Origin: Sarea resinae
Lineage: Eukaryota
Direction of reading: 5' to 3'
Assembly (NCBI GenBank): GCA_026026165.1
Contig: JAPEUD010000088.1
Location: 62,001-92,553, forward strand
Length of the DNA: 30,553 nucleotides
Numbering within the stretch: position 1 is the stretch's first letter; each line of letters starts with the position of its first letter. Of the stretch, positions 29,188 to 30,553 are shown in pieces. Below the pieces are notes generated by a model, which made no database searches, was not told where the DNA came from, and was given only the letters and a program-made list of their open reading frames with translations. A program made the position numbers and the translations under genes.

Positions 29188-30031
29188 ATCAGGCCGAGGT
29201 GACGGAAACGGTCGGTGAAATCCGGTAGTATTCATGATGCGGTCTGTGTACCGTTGAACGGACGGAGGCGATGATGTGGGATTGGTCAAGATGATGGCTC
29301 TCCGGGATCAAGCTATGCGGGCAGAGCTGTTCTCTGAGTACGATTCTCTCCTCTCATGTGTATTCTTTTCCTTTCTCGGACGGTGGTTGCGAATTGATGG
29401 GTTTATGTTCATGGTGTTTGACGGAGTGTCTTGCGGCGTGTCACGGAGTCGGTCGAGCGATGAGTCTATCAGGTCATCGGCCCGGAGTCAGGAGTCCTAC
29501 CAATGGCAAATGGCTTCTCGGAATGGAGGGGGGGTTCATTAGCATGGCGAATTCTCCTCGGGGCTCTTCCTCTATTCAAGTCTCGGCTTCTGGAAATCAA
29601 TCAGATATTCCCAGACTCTAGCAGCCAGATCTATAGCAGACTCTAGACAATCACAACTATCGTATCCAATTGCCGTGCTCTTTTAAGATATTAGTTGATG
29701 TTGTGTCTAGGTTACTGAAAAGGATACATCTGATGCATCATGCTGCAGATCTTCGAGGGTGACAAAGAGGCTAGAGTACCTTAGAGTGACGAAGGGAAGT
29801 GCCGTCACCACCACCACGACTCGAGATGTGAAATCGGCCTCATCACTTCACCACCACCCACGCACATCTACCGCCCACCAACTGCCCGCCTAAACAAACA
29901 CAAGACAACCCTCCCCCGAATCAGACCGCCATCGAAACACCAAAGCCTTCCCCCTTCCTCTTCTCCCCAACGGCAACCACACCAAACCCAAACCCCTTGA
30001 CCGAAACTGCACCACCACCACCGCCGCCAAA

Positions 30032-30344
30032 ATGGACATCCGCGTGCTCCTCCCCTCGGACATCCCGCACGTGCAATCCGCCAACATCACCAACCTGCCG
30101 GAGAACTATTTCTGCAAATACTACCTGTACCACGCCATGTCGTGGCCGCAGCTGTCGTACGTGGCGGTCGACGTGTCGCGGCCGGCGCGCACGCCCTACG
30201 ACCCGCCGCGCATCGTCGGCTACGTGCTGGCCAAGATGGAGGAGGAGCCCACGGACGGCGTCCAGCATGGCCATATCACCAGTCTCAGCGTCATGCGCAC
30301 GCATCGCCGGCTCGGCCTGGCCGAGAAGCTGATGCGCATGAGTC
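30032..30344 (+). CDS. ARD1: N-terminal acetyltransferase A catalytic subunit (Ard1/Naa10), exon 1 only; an intron starts at 30345 and the gene continues past the window
   Basis: MDIRVL...[28 protein letters not shown]...[41 protein letters not shown] is the Naa10 signature with the acetyl-CoA motif RRLGLA; GTATGT donor at 30345. Confidence 0.96.
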
Positions 30345-30553
30345 GTATGTGTTGCCTTTTTTTTCTTTTTCACTTCCTTTGGCTTTTCGATCCAGAGATT
30401 CGAGATGGAGAGCGGAGACTAGAGAACCCGCATTTTTCTTTATGTCATAATTTGCATTGCCCCTAAGCAAGCACAATCCCCCTTCTCTCAACCCCGTCAA
30501 ACCCCGTCAAACCCCTCAAAACTCCCAAACCCAAACCCAACCCCAAATCCCCC

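Noticed and set aside
28448..29218. 256-aa overlapping same-strand ORF
   Set aside because: Shifted frame of a D/E-rich region (reads as M/T/R/K runs), which naturally lacks stops.
30489..30553. Telomere-like C/A-rich repeats (CCCAAA, ACCCCGTCAAA) at the right edge
   Set aside because: Irregular, not TTAGGG-type, and lie within the first ARD1 intron; similar tracts occur in its 5' leader.

Overview
Eukaryotic, intron-containing genomic DNA from a filamentous ascomycete (Pezizomycotina-type short introns with GT..AG ends and CTRAY-like branch points). I can reconstruct ten protein-coding genes by hand-splicing: a conserved-looking hypothetical protein (-, runs off the left edge), ethanolamine-phosphate cytidylyltransferase ECT1 (+), a large PHD-finger/zinc-ribbon/coiled-coil protein (-, 5' end unresolved), the SCYL1-type pseudokinase CEX1 (+), TOR-complex subunit LST8 (-), a 1347-aa low-complexity protein with an internal 16-aa repeat (+), a SUR7/PalI-family membrane protein (-), a secreted, probably GPI-anchored PI-PLC-like phosphodiesterase (+), an acidic coiled-coil protein (+), and exon 1 of the NatA acetyltransferase ARD1/NAA10 (+). 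There are also microsatellites and an AT/TpA-rich, RIP-like patch. I see no tRNA, rRNA, CRISPR array or intact transposon, and no clear new multi-gene system. The best leads are an in-frame acidic extension behind the UAG stop of the 1347-aa gene (readthrough/editing candidate), its internal repeat array, SUMO-interaction-like motifs in two uncharacterised proteins, weak splice donors in ECT1, and the unresolved 5' end of the PHD gene. All identifications are from motif recognition, not database searches.
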